Shown in pieces: positions 1-8,317 of a stretch of DNA of 64,000 nucleotides. The position numbers and the translations under genes were made by a program. This DNA comes from Candidatus Eiseniibacteriota bacterium. Lineage in GTDB: Bacteria; Eisenbacteria; RBG-16-71-46; CAIMUX01; VGJL01. The stretch is from NCBI GenBank assembly GCA_041946735.1, contig JBHGAY010000015.1:1-64000 (forward strand). The letters run 5' to 3'. The notes under the pieces were generated by a model. It searched no databases. It had not been told where the DNA came from and saw only the letters and a program-made list of their open reading frames with translations. How positions within the stretch are numbered: position 1 is the stretch's first letter; each line of letters begins with the position of its first letter.

Positions 1-72
1 GGGCATGGCGAGCATCGCGGGCACCGCGGGCATGGCGAGCATCGCGGGCACCGCGGGCACCGCGGGCATCGC
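1..72 (+). repeat. 9/27-bp coding tandem repeat (MASIAGTAG)n
   Basis: gggcatggcgagcatcgcgggcaccgc twice, followed by gggcaccgc and gggcatcgc. Confidence 0.85.
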
Positions 73-1030
73 GCACGACGGGCACTCCGAGCGGATCGGG
101 ACGATCCGGTTCGAGAACGTGTCGTTCGAGTACCGGCCCGGCGAACCGGTCCTCGAACGGTTCGACCTCGAGGTGCGCGCGGGCGAGAGCATCGCCCTCG
201 TCGGTCCGACCGGTTCCGGCAAGACGACCATCGTGGGTTTGCTGTGCCGCTTCTACGAGCCGACCTCAGGGACGATCCGGATCGACGGGATCGACTATCG
301 AGAGCGCAGCCTCTCCTGGCTGCAATCGCAGGTGGCGATGGTGCTGCAATCGCCGCACCTCTTCCGCGGCACGGTCCAGGAGAACATCCGCTACGGTCGC
401 CTCGAAGCGACCGACGCGGAGATCGAGGACGCCGCTCGTCGGGTCGACGCCCACGACTGGATCGTCCGGCTGGAGAACGGCTACGAGACCGACGTCGGCG
501 AGGGGGGCAACCATCTCTCGACCGGCCAGAAGCAGCTCGTTGCCATGGCCCGCGCCGTCCTGGCTCGAAAGCAGATCTTCGTGATGGACGAGGCGACCTC
601 GTCGGTCGACACGGAGACGGAGCGCGCGATCCAGAAGGGGATCGAGGAGATCCTCGAGGGAAGGATGAGCTTCCTGATCGCGCACCGCCTCTCGACGATC
701 CGATCGTGCGACCGCATCCTCGTGATCGATCGCGGCGGGATCGTCGAGCAGGGGACGCACGAAGAGCTGATGCGGCGTGACGGCCGCTACCGGACCCTGT
801 ACCGGCACCAGTTCGCCCGTGAGAGCGGCTTGAAGCTCTTGCACATTCGCCCGGGAGCGACGGAGCCGGAGGACGGTCGAGCGGGTGGCGAACGAACCGA
901 AGGCGCGATCGCCGGCGGCCGGCGCCCGGAGGACGGAACGCGGGGCGACGGGCGGCCGAAGAACGGAACGACCGGAGACGGGCGGCCGGAAAACGGACTG
1001 CCGGGAGACGAGGAGCCGCTGACCGTATGA
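5..1030 (+). CDS. ABC transporter ATP-binding/permease (MsbA/MdlB-like exporter), C-terminal part; gene begins upstream of the window
   Basis: Walker A GPTGSGKTT, signature LSTGQKQ, Walker B FVMDEATS, H-loop IAHRLST; the frame is open at the window edge. Confidence 0.93.
   Translation: MASIAGTAGMASIAGTAGTAGIAHDGHSERIGTIRFENVSFEYRPGEPVLERFDLEVRAGESIALVGPTGSGKTTIVGLLCRFYEPTSGTIRIDGIDYRERSLSWLQSQVAMVLQSPHLFRGTVQENIRYGRLEATDAEIEDAARRVDAHDWIVRLENGYETDVGEGGNHLSTGQKQLVAMARAVLARKQIFVMDEATSSVDTETERAIQKGIEEILEGRMSFLIAHRLSTIRSCDRILVIDRGGIVEQGTHEELMRRDGRYRTLYRHQFARESGLKLLHIRPGATEPEDGRAGGERTEGAIAGGRRPEDGTRGDGRPKNGTTGDGRPENGLPGDEEPLTV
913..1010 (+). repeat. 30-bp coding tandem repeat (GDGRPxNG-like) in the ABC protein tail
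   Basis: About three copies resembling ggagacgggcggccggaaaacggac. Confidence 0.75.
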
Positions 1031-1100
1031 ACGTTTCTCCCGGTATGCACCCTTCTGCCGGGCGGCGAGGATCATCGTGCGCCCCGCGAGGAATTCCGCA

Positions 1101-1130
1101 TTGACCTTTCTGGGAACGGGGAGGTATTCT
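1101..1130 (+). promoter_or_regulatory. sigma70-type promoter for the leader/rsgA transcript
   Basis: TTGACC (1101-1106), 18-bp spacer, TATTCT (1125-1130). Confidence 0.6.
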
Positions 1131-1174
1131 CCCCACGTCCCTTGATACGCACCTCAACCCAAGGGAGGAACGAG

Positions 1175-1234
1175 ATGACCGTCTCCGTGCACATTCCCGC
1201 GATCTGGACCGTCCGCGAGAACAAGGTAGCGTAG
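1175..1234 (+). CDS. Putative leader peptide MTVSVHIPAIWTVRENKVA (19 aa)
   Basis: SD GGGAGG at 1163-1168, ATG at 1175, TAG at 1232-1234; lies just after the promoter and about 340 nt before rsgA. Confidence 0.6.
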   Translation: MTVSVHIPAIWTVRENKVA

Positions 1235-1574
1235 GACCGCGCCATTCCCGGGCTTTCCGGAGCCCTTCCTGGGCTTGTCCGGAGCCTGTCCGGAGCCTTC
1301 CCGGGATCTTCCCGGCTGCTTCGATCCTCCGCACTGATCCTCCGCTGGCGGCGAAGATCGCCTGCACGCGAAACGCCACGCCGTCGCAATTCGCGCCGGT
1401 GAGTAGACTTTGTTGGCTGTTTTCTCGTGCACTTCGCGCGACGCCGTCGCATTCGAGCACCGATTGCGTCTCCGGCGCCGTGATGGGATGCATCTATGCC
1501 CGGTCCAGCAGCCGGTGAGGCTGTGGCGTCGGCGTGGAGCGCATCCGTGAATGTGCCGAGCGGAGGATCCTCCC

Positions 1575-2918
1575 TTGGAATCGAATCGTTCGAAGGACGC
1601 GGCCCGCGAGAACGGCCTCGTCCTGTTTCGTTCCGGAAATCATTGTGAAGTCTTGACCGCGGACGGTGAGAGCAAGCTGAGCTGCCTGTGCACCGGGGCG
1701 GCAGGCGAAGAGATTGCCGTCGGTGACCTCGTGGCCGTCGAGCGGGACGGTGCGGCGAGCGGGATCATCCGCTCCGTCGAGCCCCGCACGAATCACCTTT
1801 CGCGCCGGGCTGCCGGACCACGGCCGGTCGAACAGCGGATTGCTGCGAATCTCGACTGGGGCGTCGCAGTCTTCGCCGCGGCGGAACCGAAGCCGCACTG
1901 GGGCATGCTCGACCGCTACCTCGTGCAGATGGAGACCCAGTCCATCCCTCCTCTGCTCTGCGTAACGAAGTCCGACCTCGCCGCCGGCGTCCGGTCACTA
2001 GAAGCGGATCTCGAGCCGTATCGCGCCGCTGGGTTGCCGGTTCTCCTCTGCTCGTGCGAGACGGGTGAGGGGATCGGGGAGTTGGCGGCTTTGCTGCGCG
2101 GACGCGTGTCGGTCCTGGTCGGCAAGAGCGGCGTGGGGAAGTCGACGTTGATCCAGAAGCTGACCGGTCTGACGGGCGAGAGCCTGCGGACGGCGGAAGT
2201 GAGCCGGCGGACGGGAAAGGGGAAGCATACGACCAGCGAGATCCGAATGCTGCCCCTTCCGGACGGCGGCTTCGTGATCGACACACCCGGCGCCCGCGAG
2301 TTCGCGCTCTGGGACGTTCCCCGGGAGGAGATCGCCCGGGGGTTCCCGGAGATGAGATCGCTGCTCGGGACGTGTCGTTTCGGCGGAGGATGCACCCATT
2401 CCCACGAGCCTGACTGCGCCGTGAAGCAGGCGGTCCGGGAAGGCGAGATCGATGCGCGCCGGTACCGCAGCTACCTGCGCCTCATCGGTCGAGACGGCGA
2501 CGCCGAGCTTCTGGCCGGGAAGCACGGCGCCGATGACGAGCGGCGGGCGGCGCGCGGTCCGGCGGAGGCGTTCCTGTGCATCCGCTGCGGCCTCGGCATC
2601 CCGCCCGATGCCCCGGGGACCGCGCACCGCAACCACTGTCCCGCCTGTCTGCACAGCCGGCACGTCGATCACCACCCCGGGGATCGAGCGGCGGGCTGCG
2701 GCGGGTTGATGGAGCCGATCGCCGTCTCGGCACGCCTCGACGGCGAGTGGACCGTGGTGCATCGCTGCACGTCGTGCGGCGCGGTGAAAGTGAACCGCAT
2801 AGCGGGGGACGACAATGCTCTCGCCCTGTTCTCCCTCGCGGCGCGTCCGCTCGCGCGGCCGCCGTTTCCGCTCGATCGCCTACCCGATACGGCGGGAAGC
2901 CCCGAATGGCGCACGTGA
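1575..2918 (+). CDS. rsgA: Ribosome small subunit-dependent GTPase A fused to a C-terminal RNHCP domain
   Basis: Circularly permuted GTPase motifs TKSD, GKSGVGKS, GKHTT, DTPG; Zn finger CRFGGGCTHSHEPDC; C-terminal CIRC...RNHCPACLHSRHVD...HRCTSCG; TTG start chosen after SD GGAGGA (alternative ATG at 1551). Confidence 0.9.
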   Translation: MESNRSKDAARENGLVLFRSGNHCEVLTADGESKLSCLCTGAAGEEIAVGDLVAVERDGAASGIIRSVEPRTNHLSRRAAGPRPVEQRIAANLDWGVAVFAAAEPKPHWGMLDRYLVQMETQSIPPLLCVTKSDLAAGVRSLEADLEPYRAAGLPVLLCSCETGEGIGELAALLRGRVSVLVGKSGVGKSTLIQKLTGLTGESLRTAEVSRRTGKGKHTTSEIRMLPLPDGGFVIDTPGAREFALWDVPREEIARGFPEMRSLLGTCRFGGGCTHSHEPDCAVKQAVREGEIDARRYRSYLRLIGRDGDAELLAGKHGADDERRAARGPAEAFLCIRCGLGIPPDAPGTAHRNHCPACLHSRHVDHHPGDRAAGCGGLMEPIAVSARLDGEWTVVHRCTSCGAVKVNRIAGDDNALALFSLAARPLARPPFPLDRLPDTAGSPEWRT

Positions 2919-3056
2919 GCCCCAGCGGCTGCGGCCTTCGTCGCCGGCGGAACGGCCGCGACGCGGTTCGCTTCGATTTTCGCTTGACGCCCGCGCGCCG
3001 GGGTTGCGTAGTCAATGCGGCGCATTCCACGGGGAAGCGAGGAGAGGAGGGGCCGC

Positions 3057-4277
3057 ATGAGAGTCCTGTCGATCACGAATCAGAAGGGGGGCTGCGGAAA
3101 GACCACGACGGCGGTGCATCTTGCCGCCTGTCTCGCCGCCAAGGGTCATTCGACGCTCCTCGTCGACCTCGACCCGCAGGGACATGCGGGGCTGGCGCTC
3201 GGCATCGGCGGCGCGAAGCCGCTCGAGGCATCGACGTACGAGGTGCTGACGCGCCGGCAGCCACTCGAGGCGATCCTGCACGAGGTCTCGGAGCGGCTGG
3301 CGGTAGCTCCCTCCGACGTGCGGCTCAGCGCAGTCGAGCAGGAACTGTCGGGAGTCGAGGGGCGCGAGTACCGACTCTCCGAAGCGCTCGCCTCTCTCGA
3401 GCAGAATCGCTTTCCGTTTGTCGTGATCGACACGCCTCCATCGATCGGGCTTCTGACCTTCAACGCGCTGATCGCCTCGCCGGAGGTGCTCGTTCCGATC
3501 GATGGCAGCATCTTTTCGCTGCAGGGGCTGGACCGCCTTCGCGAGACGATCGCGATCGTCGACCGGCACGTCGGCCGCGCGACGACGGTGCGCGCGCTCG
3601 CTACGATCTATGACCGGCGCACGCGACTCGCCCGCGAGGTCCTCGAGGAGATTCGTACCCGGTTCGGAGACTGGGCGCTCCACACGGTCATCCATGAGAC
3701 GGTGAAGCTCCGGGAGGCGGCGAGCCAGGGGAAGTCGATCCTGGAGATCTGTCCCTCTTCGATCGCGGCGGAGGATCACCATTCGCTCGCCGCCGAGCTG
3801 CTCCAAGCCGCGACGCGCCGCGGGACGCGGACCGAGGCGGTATCCCCCGCCTTCTCGCTGCACGGCGGCGCTCCGGTCACACCAGCCGCCGCACTCGCGC
3901 CGAAGGTCGCGGCCGTTCCGGCTGAGACGCCCACTCCAAGCGGGCAGATCGCCCCGCGCGCGCCGATCGCCGCAACCGCGCCGATCGCCGCAGCCTCCTC
4001 CATTCGCGCCGCGCGCGCCGGCGGCACTCGCTTCGTCTATCCGGACGGCACCGCGGAGGCCGTCGCTGTCGCGGGAAGCTGGAACGGGTGGGAACCGCAG
4101 CCGTGCAAGAAGGTCGGCGACCGCTGGGAGAAGACGATCCTGCTCTCTCCGGGCGTCTATGAATACCGTTTCGTCGTCGACGGCCACTGGACGCCCGATC
4201 CCTCCAACGAGCGCCGGGCGGAGAGCCCGTATGGCGGGCACAACTCCGTCGTGGAGATCGCAGGCCACGGGCGATAG
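3057..4277 (+). CDS. ParA/Soj family ATPase fused to a C-terminal AMPK-beta-like glycogen-binding (CBM48) domain
   Basis: NQKGGCGKTT, LVDLDPQG, VIDTPP; Ala/Pro linker; AVAGSWNGW...GVYEYRFVVDGHWTPDP...GGHNSV; SD GGAGG. Confidence 0.88.
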   Translation: MRVLSITNQKGGCGKTTTAVHLAACLAAKGHSTLLVDLDPQGHAGLALGIGGAKPLEASTYEVLTRRQPLEAILHEVSERLAVAPSDVRLSAVEQELSGVEGREYRLSEALASLEQNRFPFVVIDTPPSIGLLTFNALIASPEVLVPIDGSIFSLQGLDRLRETIAIVDRHVGRATTVRALATIYDRRTRLAREVLEEIRTRFGDWALHTVIHETVKLREAASQGKSILEICPSSIAAEDHHSLAAELLQAATRRGTRTEAVSPAFSLHGGAPVTPAAALAPKVAAVPAETPTPSGQIAPRAPIAATAPIAAASSIRAARAGGTRFVYPDGTAEAVAVAGSWNGWEPQPCKKVGDRWEKTILLSPGVYEYRFVVDGHWTPDPSNERRAESPYGGHNSVVEIAGHGR

Positions 4278-5322
4278 CCGGGCGAGCGATTGGTCCACGC
4301 CGCGGCCGGAACGCCACCCCGGACGCGGGCTGGCGGATCTCTCGCATCTGTTCCTCTCCCGTCCGGCCTCCGCTACCGCGGGGACGAACGAGGAGGCCGC
4401 GCCCGGCGACCACCCGGTGCCCGCCACCTCGGTGCCCGCCACCTCCGGGCCGTCCGGCCCCGCATCGCCGGCCGCTCCCGCCTCCACGCTCTTCGTCGCC
4501 TACGCGACCGACCCGCTCCTGGGCGCGCTCCTATGCCTGACCATCGCCCTGGAATCGTCGCGCCGGGGCAAAGCCGCGACGATCCATGATCCCGACCCCA
4601 ACCTGCCTTCCGTGCAGATCCTTGCCGGCGGCTCCGTCCGCCGTTCCCCGGGTGGGAAGGAGCAGTGGATCGAGAGCGGCGATGGGCTCCGCATCCCGCT
4701 CCTCGGTCGGTGGCCGGAGCGTCTCGATCCATACGATCCCGGCTTCCGCCATCCCGCCGAGCCGCGCCTCCGTGCCGTCGTCAACGCACCGGCGCGGATG
4801 CTCCTCGATCAGCCGTGCCAGCCGCCGATCAGCGACGGACAGGAGATCCTGCTGCCCCTTTCGGCACGGCTGGAAGACCTTTCCGCCGCCTACGCGATCT
4901 GCAAGCGGTTCGGCGGCAGCCCGCGGCCGCGGGTCGTCTGCTCGTGCGAGAAGGAGCCCGACTCCCAACCCGATCGCGGATGGGCGCTCTTTCGGGGTTT
5001 TGCCTCGATCACCGCGCGCCGGCTTGGAGCCGGGCCGAGCTTCTGCGGGTGCCTGCCACAGACCGGGGCGCCTCCGCTTCTCGTCGAGACGGCCCAGCGC
5101 TGGCTCGGCGCTTCTCAAGAAGAAGGAGACCCGCTGCGCCGCATCGTGGACGCGGTCGTCGGTCCCTCCCGGCACGGGCTCGCGCTCGCTGCGCCGGGCA
5201 GCGCCACGCACGCGAACTCGACCGCCGACGCGATCGCCATCGCCTACGGCTTGGAGGACGAAGAAGCGAGCGACCTGCGAGCGCTCCTCGCCCGCAGGCC
5301 GCCCGCGTCTGCTTCCGTCTAG
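4231..5322 (+). CDS. Hypothetical protein, possibly a degenerate MinD/FlhG-like fold, with an N-terminal GRGL motif
   Basis: Overlaps the parA end; GRGLADLSHLFLS, then LCLTIALESSRRGKAATIHDPDPNLPSV, which resembles the MinD/FlhG region after a lost P-loop; start uncertain. Confidence 0.6.
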   Translation: MAGTTPSWRSQATGDSRASDWSTPRPERHPGRGLADLSHLFLSRPASATAGTNEEAAPGDHPVPATSVPATSGPSGPASPAAPASTLFVAYATDPLLGALLCLTIALESSRRGKAATIHDPDPNLPSVQILAGGSVRRSPGGKEQWIESGDGLRIPLLGRWPERLDPYDPGFRHPAEPRLRAVVNAPARMLLDQPCQPPISDGQEILLPLSARLEDLSAAYAICKRFGGSPRPRVVCSCEKEPDSQPDRGWALFRGFASITARRLGAGPSFCGCLPQTGAPPLLVETAQRWLGASQEEGDPLRRIVDAVVGPSRHGLALAAPGSATHANSTADAIAIAYGLEDEEASDLRALLARRPPASASV

Positions 5323-5373
5323 GGCTCTGTCTCCGGCTCCGTCTCCGGATAGCTCCGGCGTCCGCCTCCCGGG

Positions 5374-6354
5374 CTAATCCTCCCGGCGAATCAGCAGCAT
5401 CGTGAGGTCGTCGCTGTGCGTCCCTCCCTGGAGGAACCGATGCAGGTCGTGCAGGACGGCGGACGCCGCCTTCGAAGGGGGCAGGGAGCGAACCTCGCGG
5501 AGCATCTCCTCGAGCCGCTGCGTTCCATACTCCTCGGAGCTGCCGTCCCTCGCCTCGGACAGTCCGTCCGTATAGAGGAAGAGCATGTCGCCCGGCTCGA
5601 TCCTATCCTCGGTCACGCCGTACGGCTCGGTTCCGAACATGCCGACCGGGAAGCCCGTCGCGTCGAACGTGCGGATTCGGTCCCGTCCGATCAGGACCGG
5701 TGGGCAGTGGCCGGCGTTGCAGATCCGGATCTTCCCCTGCCGGGTCAGCTCTCCGCACACCAGCGTCGCGTAGTGCGTCGCGATGTGGTTCTCGCGCAGC
5801 AGCCGGTCGGACCGCTCGACCAGCTTCTCGATACCGAGGCCTGTCGCAGCGAGGCTGCGGAAGGCCGCGTGCAGGTGCGTCATCAGGAGCGACGCCGCCA
5901 CCCCCTTGCCCGACACGTCGCCGATCAGGAAGAGAAGCGTCTCCTCCCCGCGCGGGAGCAGGTCGCACGTGTCTCCGCTGACCGGGCCCGCCGCCTCGTA
6001 GCGGAAGTGCGTCGTGTAGCCCGCATGGCTGAGATCCTGCCTGGGCAGGAGGCCGAGCTGCAGGCGCGCGGCGAGATCGAGGTCCTTCTCGAGCGCGGTT
6101 TGCTGCTGCGGCGTCAAGTCGCAGAGGCAGTACTCGATCAGCGGATTGTGGAGCAGCAGCTCGTCCTCCACCTCGCCGTGACAGAGGCGGCACACGCCGA
6201 ACTCGCCTCCATCGAGGCGTGACAGGGCCCGGTCCACCTGCTGGAGCAGCTGGGAGAGATCGACGGCGTCGGGGAGCGCCTCGATCGCCCGCTCCAAGCG
6301 CACGCGGCGGTCGACGAGTTGCTCACGAACGGCTGCTTGCACGGCAGGGTTCAT
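5374..6354 (-). CDS. SpoIIE/RsbU-type PP2C phosphatase with an N-terminal DksA/TraR-like Zn finger
   Basis: VSGDTCD, GDVSGKG, NAGHCPP, LYTDGLSE, DDLT; N-terminal ALSRLDGGEFGVCRLC...CLC; SD AAGGAGG. Confidence 0.9.
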   Translation of the reverse strand: MNPAVQAAVREQLVDRRVRLERAIEALPDAVDLSQLLQQVDRALSRLDGGEFGVCRLCHGEVEDELLLHNPLIEYCLCDLTPQQQTALEKDLDLAARLQLGLLPRQDLSHAGYTTHFRYEAAGPVSGDTCDLLPRGEETLLFLIGDVSGKGVAASLLMTHLHAAFRSLAATGLGIEKLVERSDRLLRENHIATHYATLVCGELTRQGKIRICNAGHCPPVLIGRDRIRTFDATGFPVGMFGTEPYGVTEDRIEPGDMLFLYTDGLSEARDGSSEEYGTQRLEEMLREVRSLPPSKAASAVLHDLHRFLQGGTHSDDLTMLLIRRED

Positions 6355-6671
6355 CGCACACCTCCTTGGCGCACCTCCTCGGCGGCTCGCCATGGGACGA
6401 TGCTACCCCACCGCACGCACAGGATCGACAACGCGCCATCCCACACCCCCGTCGAAGCGCCTCCCCGTCCGTCCGGCCGCTGGAAGCGGCGACCGGGCCC
6501 GCATCGCGGGCGAGCGCTCGAGGAGCGGCTCGGCGCGGAGGCGAAGGCCCGCTGCGCGCTGGCTTGAGCCGCCCGCTGCGCGCTCGTATCCTTCCCTGCG
6601 GCGCGAGGGCGCGCCGAACCCGCGCCATCCGGCGGCGCTCCTCTCCATCCACGGACCAGGAAGGAAGTTGC

Positions 6672-7958
6672 ATGAAGACCGAGACACTCCTCGACCGGTT
6701 CTGCCGCTACGTCGCCGTCGAAACGACGTCGAACGACGATTCTCCCACCTATCCGACGACCCCGGGACAGCGGGAGCTGGGCGAGCAGCTCGCCGGGGAG
6801 ATGCGCGCTCTCGGCCTCTCCTCCGTCTCCCAGGACGAGAACGGGATCGTGATCGGCACCTTGCCGGCCACGCGCCCGGAGGCGCCGGCGATCGCCTGGG
6901 TCGCGCACATGGACACCTCACCGGAGGCGAGCGGCAAGGATGTGCGCCCGATCGTGCACGCGGGCTACGACGGAGGCGACATCGTCCTGCCGGGCGATCC
7001 GGAGAAGGCGCTGCGCCCGGCGGAGACTCCGGTCCTCCAGAAGATGCGCGGGAAGACGCTCATCACGTCGGACGGGACCACCCTCCTGGGAGCGGACGAC
7101 AAGGCGGGAATCGCCGTGATCCTGACCGCCGCAGAACGGCTTCTCGCCGACCGCACGATCCCGCACGGGGAGATCCGGATCGTCTTCACCTGCGATGAGG
7201 AGGTCGGACGGGGCGTCGACAAGCTCGATCCTTCGCGGCTCGGCGCCGTCGCCGCCTACACGCTCGACGGCGAGGACGCCGGCGCGATCGAGAACGAGAC
7301 GTTCTCGGCCGATCTGGCGACGATCACGATCCGGGGCGTCAACATCCATCCCGGCCTCGCGACCGGCCGGATGGTGAACGCGATCCGCATCGCCGGGCAG
7401 CTGCTCTCGCGCCTGCCGTGGCAGCGGCTGGCTCCGGAGACGACGAGCGGGCGGGAGGCGTTCCTCCATCCCTACTCGATCGAAGGGGGCGTCGGCGAGC
7501 TCACGCTCAAAGTCCTGCTCCGCAGCTTCGAGAGCGGCGATCTGGAGCGGCAGGCGGGTTTCCTCGAACAGATCGCCGCCCCGCTGCGTGCCGAGCATCC
7601 GAAGGCTTCGATCGACATCGCGGTGAAGCGCCAGTACCGGAACATGCGCGAGGCGCTGGAAAAGGAGCCGCGAGCGGTCCGGCTCGCGATCGAGGCGATG
7701 CGCCGCGCGGGTCTGGAGCCTTCGCTCGAGGCGATCCGCGGCGGGACGGATGGGGCGCGACTGTCCGAGCTGGGGCTCCCGACGCCGAACCTCGGCACCG
7801 GCATGCACAACTTCCATTCACCCCTGGAGTTCGCCTGTCTCGAAGAGATGGAGCAGACGGTCGAAGCCCTCGTTCATCTCGCACGACTCTGGGGCGAAGA
7901 GCGACGGGGCGAAGAGCGACGGGGCGAAGAGCGACGCTCCGAGACTCGACGCTCCTAA
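6672..7958 (+). CDS. pepT: Peptidase T (M20B tripeptidase)
   Basis: AHMDTS, DGTTLLGADDKAG, FTCDEEVGRG, IRGGTDG, HNFHSPLE. Confidence 0.95.
   Translation: MKTETLLDRFCRYVAVETTSNDDSPTYPTTPGQRELGEQLAGEMRALGLSSVSQDENGIVIGTLPATRPEAPAIAWVAHMDTSPEASGKDVRPIVHAGYDGGDIVLPGDPEKALRPAETPVLQKMRGKTLITSDGTTLLGADDKAGIAVILTAAERLLADRTIPHGEIRIVFTCDEEVGRGVDKLDPSRLGAVAAYTLDGEDAGAIENETFSADLATITIRGVNIHPGLATGRMVNAIRIAGQLLSRLPWQRLAPETTSGREAFLHPYSIEGGVGELTLKVLLRSFESGDLERQAGFLEQIAAPLRAEHPKASIDIAVKRQYRNMREALEKEPRAVRLAIEAMRRAGLEPSLEAIRGGTDGARLSELGLPTPNLGTGMHNFHSPLEFACLEEMEQTVEALVHLARLWGEERRGEERRGEERRSETRRS
7891..7935 (+). repeat. Perfect 15-bp tandem repeat x3 (GEERR) at the pepT C-terminus
   Basis: ggggcgaagagcgac three times. 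Confidence 0.9.
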
Positions 7959-8317
7959 GACCTAGCGGTCGCGGCGTAGTTCTCTCGGCCTGGCCTCTCG
8001 GCGGCGGGCGGCCGCGTCCTCCGCCCGCCGCTTGCGCGCCCGCCACGCCGGCTCAGTGCGCGTGCCGCGTCCTGGTGGCCGCGACGCGGGAGGCGTGGAT
8101 GCCCAGCGGAGGTCCGCTGAAGAACATCCCGACCCCGAACCGCCTGGAATCCCGCGAGCGAAAGCGCCAGATCATCGACGCGGGCCCCCCACAGCGAGAA
8201 TGCGCCCATCACGATCGCCCCGATCCCGGCCCGCGGCCGAGTTCCGCGCATGGACCGCCGGCGGATCGACGCGGCTGTCGTTTCGAGGAAGCGCGGAGCT
8301 GCGCGCGACCGGTTCGC

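Noticed and set aside
7955..8251. 98-aa minus-strand ORF or frameshifted membrane-protein remnant
   Set aside because: Only a short hydrophobic patch with no recognisable family; not supportable.
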